DNA from: Chrysomallon squamiferum
Lineage: Eukaryota > Animalia > Mollusca
Direction: 5' to 3'
Length of the DNA: 64,000 nt
NCBI GenBank assembly: GCA_012295275.1
Contig: CM022679.1
Location: 15,500,001-15,564,000 of the forward strand
Both the position numbers and the translations under genes were made by a program. The notes beneath the pieces were generated by a model. It saw nothing but the letters and a program-made list of their open reading frames with translations, searched no databases and was not told where the DNA came from. Shown here in pieces: positions 1-13,000 of this stretch; the stretch's first letter is position 1, and each line of letters begins with the position of its first letter.

Positions 1-155
1 AATAATAATAATAATATTAGTAAAATAAAAAAAATGAAATGAAATAAATAATAATAATAATAGAAACAGAGACTAATAAAACAACAACAACAAATCTTCT
101 GTAACTGACATAAGATTTATTTCACCAGACTTCACTTAACACGTACAATACTCAC

Positions 156-394
156 TTGTGGTGTTATGTAAGGTACGCTTGTACTTTGCATGATGTCTGG
201 GTTTAACAGAAGAGGTATATGAGCAGAGCTATAGCCCTCATTGTGGGGCTCATTGGTACCTGAAGGTTGTCCTGGGGTGGGTGTGGTGATGTTGGGCAGG
301 GGTGGATGCAGGATGTATGCAGAGCCTGGAGCAGACTCGTGTGGTACGGGCATCAGAGGACTCGTAGGTCTTGGTGGAGATGTACTGCTTGAAT
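156..394 (-). CDS. GBF1: GBF1 coding exon 35 (Pro-rich tail)
   Basis: [15 protein letters not shown]...YILHPPLP...[11 protein letters not shown]...ITPQ; CAG acceptor, GTGAGT donor to an exon left of the window. Confidence 0.85.
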
Positions 395-3300
395 CTGCGA
401 CAATGAAACAATTCAATAATTAAAAAATGAAACTAAAACTTAAAATAAACAGATTGCTAGTTTTTAAAGAAATGGAAATTAAAGAAGAAAAGAAATCTTT
501 TATTTATTGTTATCGGATAATCAATATTCCACATAAGCTTTTTGTTATTAAAAAAATAATTGGGTGTCTAAAAACAAATGAAACAATCTCTCAGAAGTAT
601 TCAAAATTAATGTTATTTCACTGAACATCAATATTTTTACTGATTTAACCAGAAATTAAAGTCAGGTCCTATGTTTTATAACTGAAAATTAAATTTTATA
701 CTAATTTAGACATGAGACAGTAAATTAATACATAGATAATAGACATTATGTTAAAGTCATGATATATAATTGTGAATTTTACATTAATTCTGTCATGTAA
801 CAATAACGTAAAACTTACTGTGATAATGTTCTAGTTAAATTAACATTTACATTAATTACACAATTTAAAAGTAAAAGGAAGTTACTATGTTCTGTACATG
901 AAAATTAAATCAACAACAGTATTAGTTGTGTCAATGTGATGTTAAGACATTCTGGTATTCTGTGACAGTATATTAAACATACTGTAACAATAATAAATTA
1001 AAATAACATTTGTTCATGTTCTAAGACTTACCACAGCTTTGTTCTACAACAGTAACAGTTTCCAATTGAACACTGTCATGTTTTGATTCACCAGATACAT
1101 CTCTTGCTGAAGTCTGGCTTGAGTTACCATCTGCTGAATTGTTTTCACATCTGTCAATCTTTTTAACTTCTAAAAAAAAAAAAAAAAAAAAATAATAATT
1201 TATAAAAATAATAATAATAAATACAAACCAAACAACATCTTTCATAATTAGTATGTGCACTAAGTTCTTTAAAAGAAGGTATCACATTAAATATTAGCAC
1301 TGCTGAATCATCAATATTTGAATAAAATCTGATTTAACCAACAACAATAAAACATTAAACATTTCAAAAGAACACAGTATTTATCTTTCACTCTGAATTT
1401 GCATATGATAAAGCCAGAACCATTTAATACTTTAAAAAAAAGAAAAAAAAAGACATTAAAATCCCTAACAATCCTCACCCACAAACAATTACAATAAAAT
1501 GAAATAAATGAAAACAAAGAGATATTTACCTGGTTCAAAAGGTTTAAAGAGTTCTCCTTTCAGGTTAGGTAAGAATGTGTCAATTTTATCCCACGTGAGT
1601 TTCCACAGCTGAGACTCCATGTTTTCACCTGTTTGAAATATTGCAGCTGTGTCCATCACCAAAAGCATGTTTTTCAAAGACTCAGGAATAGCTTCAGACT
1701 GAAAAATAAGTTTAAAAAAAAAGAAATTTTAAATTTGTATTATTTTAAAAATTAAATAATTTTAATTAAGTACTTTAACAACATTCTTTCATTTATATTC
1801 TATTGCAAGTAACAGCTTTAAAAGATTATTGTTATCTTTTTGTATTTTAGTGCTTATTCTTAATGACAGTCATGATGATGATGATGATGATGATATGACA
1901 ACAACAACTTTACTACCATTATATTTTTTATTTTATTTTATGCTGTTATCAAAAAATACTTTATTAACTTTAACGTAATCATAATCTTAAAAACTATCAG
2001 TTTGTTTTTTCTGTATTATTATTTTTATGCAAATATTCTCAGAAATTATAATATTCTTTATCTTTTATTAAAAATATCTTATTGACATTTAGGTGCATTG
2101 TTTTGTTTTTTCAAAGGTTTTTATTTCAAAATAATCATTTAAATAACTGAGTGTTTTACCAGTAGATCACTGCTGTCTGCTTTCATGTATTTCTCCATGA
2201 AGTCAAGGATTGTCAACCACAGTGCTGTGAATGTTGACAGTGAGAGCAATGGACTTAGATGTTGTAGGAAGACCTGAAATTGTGAACATTTTCTACACAT
2301 AATAATAATCATAATAATAGTGGTAGTAACAGCAGTAGTAATAATAATAATAACTAACTAAATAATTAAACAAAGAAGTAAATAATAAGAATTAGAAGAA
2401 AATAAATTAAAATAAAATAAATTTTAATTAATAACCACTCATTTCCACCAATTTTGTGTTGTATAAACTACTCTGCTCATTGCTGTATTATAAAATCAAG
2501 GAAAGATTTTCTCACAAAGCTTTGAAACATGTTAAGTCACAAAAAGAAAAAAAAAAATTTCAAAAGTATTTTTATTAAACCATGCTGGAAGGTTTATGTT
2601 ACTCTACAGTTAATGTGTGTGTTCAGAAATGAAGCAACATTTGGAATCTCCCATGTGTGTAAATATTTGTAAATTTGGTTTTTAAAGGTTTATTCTAAAA
2701 GTCTGAAACTCACTTTACAAAGCAAGGTTGAAGCTCTCATTCTGGTTTCTTCCATGCCAGAGGGATCCTGAGGACTGATGTTTTCTAGCAATTTGGTCAA
2801 CAGTGGAAACCAGACCTGTGCATATAAAAACAATATTAACTCCTGCGCAATGTACAACATGAATACTTTCAGAATATTATAAAATCAATCCGTTTTGTTT
2901 GACAGTGTAATGAAAATATCTCAACTCGCATTAAAAACAAATCTAAATTTACATTTTTTTTTCTTCTTTCCTTATAGTGATCTGTATAAAACTATAAAGA
3001 ATATAAAAATATAGATTTAAAAAAGAAGAAAAAGGTTGAGGTAAATTTTGTTTCATACTTTGTTAAAGCAGGCTTCCCATTCAACTGCTGACAGAGTCTG
3101 TAGATCATGTACAAGTAAAGCTCTCTGCAGGTAAGTCAGAGCCTGGCTGCGCACCTGTCTTCTGGAATCACAACACAGACGAGCAATACCTGCAAAAATA
3201 ATTATCAAAATCACATTTAATTTAATATTTGGATACAATTATTACGGGAAACTAGAAAAATGGATTCATCAAAATAATTTTTTTTAAAACATGTGTTTTA

Positions 3301-4538
3301 ATTAATACAATATCGTTTATTTAAGTAAAAAACAATATAAAAAAAAATAAACAAACAATCAAAACCCCCAAGTCACAAAAATATTATTTAATAAAATGGT
3401 TAGAGAAAAACATGTAACACATAAAATGTGAAAACATGATGAACTATCATACAGATAAACAATGATATCTGGAAAAAGATCTTTGAAGAAATAAAAAAAA
3501 GTTTTTCTATTTTTTGTTTCTACTTTGTAACCAACACTGTGTATTAATACCAGCATCTTAAGTTATCATTAGCAGTTATAAACTGTAAAAGTTTATTACT
3601 AAACATTTTACCTTGTAACAATGGACACCAGCATTTGGCCCACAAGGTGCTCATTCCAGCATCAATGCGTTCCCCTTTCTCTTCACTTTCTTTCTCTTCT
3701 TTTGCCCAGGAACTAAAGATTGTGGCAGCCCGAGTGTGCAGTGTGTGCATCAGGTCCAGCAGCTGTATGGACAAGGAATGCAGCCCTGCGGATTCAGTTT
3801 CACATTCATCATCAGACATGTTGTGGTGACTCAGGTGGCTGGGAGATGACTGGGACTTCTTCATTGAACTAGATTCTTTTTTTGATCGGTGAGATTTTCT
3901 GTGAGTCTTTTTTTCGTGGCTGTGAGGTTTCGATGCAACTTTAAGATGACCTGAGAAAGATTAAGAATAAATGAGTTATTGATCTTCTCCAGTATAAAAA
4001 ATGTAACTGATGTTTAAAAGATTTAAGATTTAATAAAAAAAACAACAACAAAAAAACAACAACCCCAAAATCCAACTCATTTACAATAATATCAAACGCA
4101 TATAAACAAAAAAAGTATTATTCTACTCTGAAATAGTGAAAACTATACATCTAAGGTTTTTAAAACATTCTTTTGATCACACTGTTAAGACTGCAAAACA
4201 GAGAGATATAAATTCCAGTGTTTCATTAAAAGGTGATATAATATGACTCGCTTATATAATTAATCTCACCTCCATTTAAACTGGCCTCAACAAATGTTCT
4301 GATGGCGTGAACACAACTTTCAAAGTTATGTGGTGTGACGTGAGCAGCATCTCGTACAAGAAATGAGAGAGTTTCGGAGGATTTCTGTAAAGCTTTGCTA
4401 TCACAGTACTGTAGACTTTCCTTCAGGTCTATACTGAACTGGTTCACTGGAACAGACCTCTTTCTGGGAGGCTGTACAGTCTCTTCTTTGTTCACCTAAA
4501 TCACAAACAAACAAAACCAATATTAAGAACAATGATTG

Positions 4539-4569
<31 letters not shown>

Positions 4570-7239
4570 AAATCTCTTTTATGTATATTTTGTTTTTGAA
4601 ACAATCATTTTAAACTTTTTAATTTTATTTTTTAATTTTTTTTTACATTGCAACAAGCATTATGAAAGAAAGGAAAAAGTTCTTTATGTATCTTTTTTCA
4701 GTTTGTTAAGTTGTCATATTTTACTGCACTCTATTATTAGTAAAAATGTTCAAGTCAGGAGATAACTAAAACAATTGCTGGCTATTCTTACTGACCAACA
4801 TCCAGCTGCCGTTGTCAGGAATGGGTCTGAGGTGAAGTTCAGTAGATTCCTGTTGATGTTTACTCTGACTCTCATACAGCTCACTGTCGGACGTGTAACC
4901 TCGGTCACTGATGTCAGTATGACAGCTTCTACTTGACACCTCACTGTCACTCTGAGTTCCTGCATAACATTTAATTTTTTTTTTTAGAAAAACACAGTTA
5001 ATATATATTTCTATCTCATAAGAATCCAAGAAGACTGGCAAGAGTGAAGAAAAATTTGCAGTTATTAAAATCATTTATAGAGTGAAACCTTTATGTTTTA
5101 AAAATTTTTAATTCTCAACATCAATTGATACTCACTGAAATGGTATGAAATAAATCTGTAATTATATTTTCTAAAATACATACTAATAAACACTCCAAAA
5201 GTGGAATTATTCACATTGCATTTTTTTTTTCTTTTTTCAAAATGGCCACTTCCCAAATAATCTCAAGATCAAAAGACAAATAACAACCCCACTAAAATAC
5301 TAGAGGTATCGAAAGTCATTTTACAGTTATAAAATATTATAGCAGAGAAAAAAAAAATAAAATAAAATAAAAATATTGAAAAATAAATAGTTCAATTATC
5401 CAAGACTTTCACAAACCTGCATCATATAGAACATCAGCTACATCGACACCTGAACACACCTGCATGATAGGTGGTGGATTAGCACCTGCTCCAACCACTT
5501 CAAGTACTATAAAGAGTGTGAACCAGTCTGTGCTTGAGTGAATGTTGGCAGCGTTAGTTTTGAGGAGGTCATGGAGGCCATAGGCCACCTGTCGACTCAT
5601 GCTGTGAATGACATTGGGTCTCATCATCAACAACATCCTCAACGAGGTGAGAACCTGAGGGGCAATGTCTTCACGTCTCAGTAGACGGATAGCCAGGCGA
5701 AGCAAGCCGACAACAGCTCGTTCGACCAGGAAGGTGTGTTCTGTTGCATTTACTATAATGTTGTACAAATGGTCACGCACCGACTGCCAGATGGGTGACA
5801 CACGATCTCTATAAAAAAAAAGTAAGGAGAAATGCCATAATAATTTATAAATAATACGTTTATTTTCTGTAAGAATATATACTGTAACGATATTGTTTAT
5901 ACACATTACAATGCCTAAATACGTCATTAAGAGCTGATCAACATTTCCTCAGGAGTAGATTCCCTGCAAGTTAATACAATAATTCTTTCTGTTATACACC
6001 CATAAAACTATGTGACATCAGACATTTATATATTTATTAACATTTTACTTTCAATTTACAAAAGTTTACTTATTATCTGAGTGCATTAAATGTTAAACTT
6101 TTTTTAAACATCCCAAACTGGATGATTTATCAGTAAAAAGATTACCTGTTTTGTAGCACAACTCTGATGAGCAGTTCCAAAAAGAAAACTGTAGAATCCT
6201 CATCATACTGGGTGCCAACAGAATTGTGATCCTCTGAGCCTTGGCAGGCCATTATCAGTGCCTGGAATTATTAATTATTAACTCTCCTTTATTTTTACCC
6301 TCTCTGCTTTACAAAAATATATACAGCAAAAGTAAAAATTGTTTTACCTTTGTTAACTTAATCAAGTTATTAGCACATAATTTAGCATATTGTTTCTACC
6401 AAATCTAATTATCTAACCAAGGAGGTTTGATTTCCACTTTCTACCAAACTAATCTTATAAACACTAACATTAGACAGAACTGAAAATACACACATACATA
6501 AAAAGTGCCATTTTGTTTATCTTTGTTAATTAAATTAGGACATAATCTGTGAAACCATTTCTATCAAAACTAACCATGAAAATGTTCATTCCTTTTTATC
6601 AAACTAACATTCTACACACTAAAGTTAATACAGGACTTTATGCTGAAAAAAAAGGTATGGCATTAACCTTCAGAGGATTCAATAAAGTTAAAAATGATTG
6701 TTTCACTGGATCATCATACCTTTACTAACTCTTGCAGTGAGTCCTCTCTCAAGAACTTGCTGTCGAGGATGAGCAGGTCAAGGTGGCAGTCTCTGATGAC
6801 ACTCTGAGACTGGCGGAACGCCTCCTGCTCTTCAGGCGAAGGACCTTTCTGACTGGCAGAGTCCGAGAGAGAGAAGTACGAGTAAAAGCTACTGAGGACC
6901 CCAGATTCTGATCTGTGGAAAGGAAAATATGTTGTCAGTATATATTTATGTTTATAAATGCAGATGAAAAATAAAAAGATTGGGGCAAAAAAGGAAATAA
7001 AAATAAAGATGTCCTATAGATCAGCTTATGAGACCAAATTCAAAAAATACATTTAGGAATAATAACTATTTTTTACCTTTGTGATGAGGTGTTGTCTTCC
7101 CTCATTATACATATTTTTCCACTATCATCAGCAAAATCTTCAACCTATAAATACATATAAAACCAATTTAATTCTTTGTTGCAAATATCTGCAAAGTTGT
7201 TCTATTGAACAGTATTACTATTAGAATATTATTCTTAAA

Positions 7240-7278
<39 letters not shown>

Positions 7279-10003
7279 GTATATCAATTATGAATTATGG
7301 GAAACAATCACCAAAACATACATTAAAAATGAACAATCAAAATGCAGAAATCATGATTGTCAACAGAATAAGAGGAGATATTCTTGTTTGTTTTTGGGTT
7401 AGTTTTTTCTTAAGTATATAATGTTTTTACAATTTTTGTTCTTGTATTTTTTCACATTAAACAAAGAATAAATTTGTTAATGTTAATTTCAAAGCTGTAT
7501 TTCTCGTACTTCTATCATGGTTTTTGGTAATAGTTTGGCTCTGTACAGCTGCAGCATGCAGTCCATGATGTTCTTCCAGCCCTCCCTGAGTATATCACCG
7601 TGTCTGTGGGCTAGTCCAAACACTGTCCGGGCAGCAAGCTGGGCCTTCAAGTTAGTGCCAAACGAAGCTGGTATGTTTTCAGGTGTCTGTGAAAACAAAT
7701 GATAGCTTTACTTTTGAGTTAGGTGAATAATAGCATTTAATTCCATGGATATAAAAAAAAAATAAAAAAAATGTTTCTTTCACTAATGTAATTACTAAAA
7801 ATCAACAAAGCACCATTTTTGTAATATTTTTATTTTGTTTTGTTTTTATTCATGTATGTATGTATATAATTTTAAAAAATATATAGTAAAAACTTATTCA
7901 TACTTATTTTGTGTTACACACTGGTCCACATTGGTTCAAACAGTTTATTTTTATTTCACCATTCATGAAACTTGAAGATATCATACAGTTTGTCACAAGT
8001 GCAGTTTAACAGTTAGCATTGAGATATTAATGAAATATTACCTCTGGTGAGCTGAGAAGTGTGGTGAACTTGCACAAGGATATAACAAGATTATCAAATA
8101 CATCACTCATGCCATAGTGAGCTGAGATCATGGCACACTTTCTGTAAATAAAAAAAACAAAAAAATATCAGTCCATTTATCAAAAATGTATACAAAAATG
8201 ACCACAGCAGATAAGTAAAAATATAAAGAAAAGAACTTAAAAACCCAAATAAAAACATAAAAAAACATAAAAAAATAAAAACCAGTAAATTACAAATAAA
8301 GTAATAAATTTGCAACATTCTGGAACATTTGCACCCCTGCACGCAATCTTACCACTGTTCTTATTTCATGTTTGTAATTTTCAAAAATAACAATAAATAA
8401 AATTAATATAATTTAAACAAAACATAAAATCTGGAATTACTGCAATTCTTTTAATTCTTGTAATATCTGAAATTGTTGATAGTTATTTGTTATTTAAAAA
8501 TAAAATAAAATAAAATACAAATAATTCTTTTTTAAAACGATCACAAGTACAGACACAACCTATTTTGTTTTGACTCTTACCTGAATCCTGCAATGGATTT
8601 TTGTATAATGGATTCATCTGAGCTTTTGTCAAAGACAAAGGACATGGCTGCCACTGTGGAACCCCAGACTAGAGAAAACAGTTCATGATCAAATGAACCT
8701 GCTGGTGAATGAAGGAAAATACCCTCCTTTGTAGCTCCTCGGCGAAGTAAAACCTGAAATAAAATAAAATAATCAGAATGTCAGACAATAATTTCATAAC
8801 ATTCATTGCACTTCAAACACATTTAATTATTAGACAGACCATTTTTTTTGTTTTTTTTTGGACAAGATATTTTTGATATTTTCTTAACAGTATTTGTTTT
8901 CTTTTTAATTTACTGCAGGCACTAATAATATTATAATAAAGACAAAGTAAGAAAATAAAATAAATTTCAAAAACACAAAGGGAAATTAAGTTACCTTCCA
9001 GTAGTAATTTTCTTTGACTAAACCAGTATGTTCTGCTGGCATGACAATCTCTTCATTTCTGAATGGAAAAAAAGATTTTTAAATTTAAAAAGAAAAAATT
9101 TAAATAAATTTATTATGTTCTATTCTGAAATAAAATTATGCAATTATCATATGAAGACAGAAAAGAAAAAGATAGATTTCTCTGGAAAAGATCTGCAGAA
9201 AACTGTCTTAAAAAAAGTACCTATACTCCAAAATTTAAATCTCTTAAATAAGTGATTTCAACTATCAGTTATTCCTGTCAACTAAAAGTAAATATGATAC
9301 CAGTACCTTATCCTTTATAGAAATGTGCAACAAAACAATTTTTGTTATCTTCCTAACATATAAATTAACAGCATTTTTGTTTACAACAAAATATTTTATT
9401 TTTATTTCTTGATTAATACTCTCATCAGACTTTGATCTTTGAAGCATCATAGATAGGATAACTACTTATCTGATGTTTGACATGTACTTGCTAATATTCA
9501 AGACAGGTGTGTTATAATGATTACTACTCTAACAGTGATTTTTCTTAACATATCACATTATACATCAAAGTGAAACTTCTTATAATGAATTCAGTTATGA
9601 TAATGAAAGGAGTGCTGTTTTTTTTTTAAGAAAGAAGCCATGATGGTAAATAATTACCAGACTACAGTAGGTGAATGGATTTCACTTTACCTAATTGCTG
9701 TGTAGATGTCTTCCAACATGTCTTGGTCAAAATCTTCTCCTCCATTTGTCTTTGATACATTTTTCTTGAATTCCTGAAAGTATTTTTAAAAATATGAAAC
9801 TGCATTAGATGCTAAGTCAATCAATAATACTAAAATATAAAAAACTAGATTTCTAAGGGGAAAAAAAAGGTGAAAACACAAGGCTCTAACACAAAAAAGA
9901 AAAAGCAAAATACACATTAATAAATCAAGAAAGTGGATTTCATACATGCTATTTTTTCCAGAGTCAATATTGCTAAATGAACCTTTTGTAACCAAGATAA
10001 ATT

Positions 10004-10039
<36 letters not shown>

Positions 10040-13000
10040 TACACACATATACATACAGACACATACACATACATATGTATATGTATATATACACATTAAT
10101 TCACAAACACATAATTATTAACAAATGATTAATTTATAAACAGTATTTTACTTACAGCAACTGTCATGGGTGTATTTTGCTTCTTCACGTTGTGGTTATG
10201 TTGGTCAACATTGAGCATGATAATAGCATAGGACAGGGTAAAAGCTGCATCAGAATTGGCAAATGGTTCTCCATTCATTTTCTGAAAACAAAAATATATT
10301 TATTTTTCTTCAGAATCAGTGTAAAACAGTAGTACAAAGGCCAAAAAATATAACCCACTTTCTCTGACTGGATTTTTTTATTCTAAGAAACTGTATGTGT
10401 GTCTGAAACAAATCATTAAGGTATTAATTTCTGAATGATGATAAGCTGTCTACTTACATGCCAATGATCTGCAAAGTGCTCCATGAGGAAAGAGATCACA
10501 GGGGCTTCTCCTGGTAAACGGAAAGCCTCAAGATACATGCGCAGAGCTTCATCAATGCGGATATCCTCAAAGTTGAAGGATCTGCATTTGGTAAAATTTT
10601 ATTTTAAAAGATTTTAAAATAACAGAACAGAAATACTTCATATACATGACATTATTAACAAGTTATTATACCTACAAAGTTCTTCATTTATATTAATACT
10701 TTCACGTAACTTTTAGCTGCTATTTATCATGTTTGCTAAAATTCTGTTTAGATTACATAATAGAAAAAATTACATTAAAGAAAATAAAAATATGACCTGT
10801 CATTAAATTTTCATTCTCATTGTAATACATATTTGATTCTCTAAAACAAAATTAAAAGTAAAATAGAATAAATGTCTAAAACAAACTCACTTGACAAAAG
10901 CCTCCAGCACGTTTTTATTTTTCTTGTTTGCAATATATTCACCAATCATTTTCTTGTCCAGCTTGGGATTTTCTTTCAGGAAAGTGACCACCTGACCTGG
11001 CTCAAGAGGTGTGGCTAAGAGACCCTGCTCCTGTAAAAATGTGATAGCTTTTGACGGCTTTGTGTTGAACAGTTCAGTACCCATTTGATACAGCTGAAAT
11101 AAAAATTGAATATTTTGATGAACAGAAATTTTAAGATGGAATTTAATTACTAGAATATTTTCTTATCCTTTTCTCTTTAAACAACACAGTAGAAGTAAAA
11201 ATAGAATAAATAAGAGACATAAAACTTTTATATGTGAGGTACATGTCTGCTTTAATAAAGCTTTGTTGATTTAGTGTTTACCTTTTTCTTGTGCTTGATT
11301 ATGGCGATTTCATCTGATGTTGGTATTTTTGATGTTATCCTCATTCTGTTGGGTTTTATCTGTGGTCCCTTTTTGTTATCTTTTGTAAGTTTGTTACTTT
11401 TTGTCCAATCTGAAATATTATGAGGATTTACAGAATTAAATCCAATTGCTTAATATTATCAATAATTAAAACATATAATGTGCATAGTGTCTAAGTAGAA
11501 TATTATTTGGCTTGCAGACTTGGACTATAATATTAACATATAACATTGTTTGGTTTCTTAGATCATATTACATATTTTCAGTAGTAATTAACATAGTCCT
11601 CATGTATGTTGTTTGACTTGTTAATAAATTTAAATGTTTTATTTTTATAAAAATAATAATAAATTATTAAAATAATAAATAATTTTAAAAACGAATTCAG
11701 TAAAAAACTAAATTTAATAAATATCCATTTAAAATCATTTTAAATTATATAGTTGGTGGTTTGTACAAGCTATATAAGTACATTTTGTGCATACAGAAGT
11801 CATTTTACACACCTTGTGTGTACTGTTTGGCTTGCTGAGCCATGCAGTATCCACTCGTAGGTGGACCTAACAGCCTTGATTCAGACGGATTATTCTCATA
11901 ATCTGTTCCAGGCTCATTAGTTCTAGCTGAAAATAAAAATATTTAAAAAAAGGGATTATTGAGATTGTATTACTATAACATTTATTACTGACTATCCTTA
12001 TTACTGAGAATAGAACACCAGTTATTAATCTTCATTAAAAAAAACCCAGACTATTTAACCATTAGATAATTCTATATTCTGAAAGGAAGAAATGTTTTAT
12101 TTAATAACACATTTTTTAGTTACTGCTGTCTGGCATCATACATATAATATGCTCTGGAGTAACAAACACTGGAAATGTTAAAACATCCTATGAAATCAGT
12201 CGTGTACTGGTCATGCTTACATTCAGGAGAATCAGTAGAGACTTTGTCCTCACTGTCGGCTGGTCCTCCACTAGAAGCTGTCTTGTTTGAACTGAGGATT
12301 CTGGTGTGGCAGTGTTGTTCTATAGTGTCTATGACTGTGAGGAGAGCATCCAGTGAGAGGAGGTGTGTTGTGAATAATCCAGACACAGGGAATGCATTCT
12401 GGAAACAATTGTAAATTGATTATTAATACTCTAGAACATATTCCTTAAAATTTTGTGAGATCTACAACTGTGACACATTGGTAACATTAAACATTAGGAA
12501 GGAAAATATATAATTTACGAAATGTATGATAATTTTAACAAGAAGTCATGCTGTTTCTGATAATATTCAAGGAAAGAAAGAAAGAAAATATTAACTTTCA
12601 TGATCATGTTACATCAGAATAAGTTTCTTTTCATTGTATTATACACATACTCATGTGACATGATTAAATAATATAATAATTAACTTATTTATAAAATGAT
12701 AGATATGTATTGTCCAGGATCATTCTAATTTGCTGGCATATTATCAACATGTTACAAATAAAAATCAATAATTACATGTTATTCTGAATTAATTACCTTT
12801 GAAAGAAGCTTGGTGAGTTCTTCAAACAGATTGGAACAGTAGAGATCACAGTCATAGTTGAGATAAAGTTCAGTGACCAGGCCTGGTATTCTCCACAGCT
12901 GAACAATGGACTCGAGAGTGATTTCTCGAACCTCATAAGATACCTTTGGAGATTCTGATATTACAATATCACTCAGTTTTATCAAGAACATCTGAAAACA

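Noticed and set aside
2810-2812. Trp in VWFPLL where vertebrate GBF1 has Leu (VLFPLL), as possible editing or error
   Set aside because: A single substitution (TGG vs TTG) cannot be distinguished from ordinary divergence without reads.
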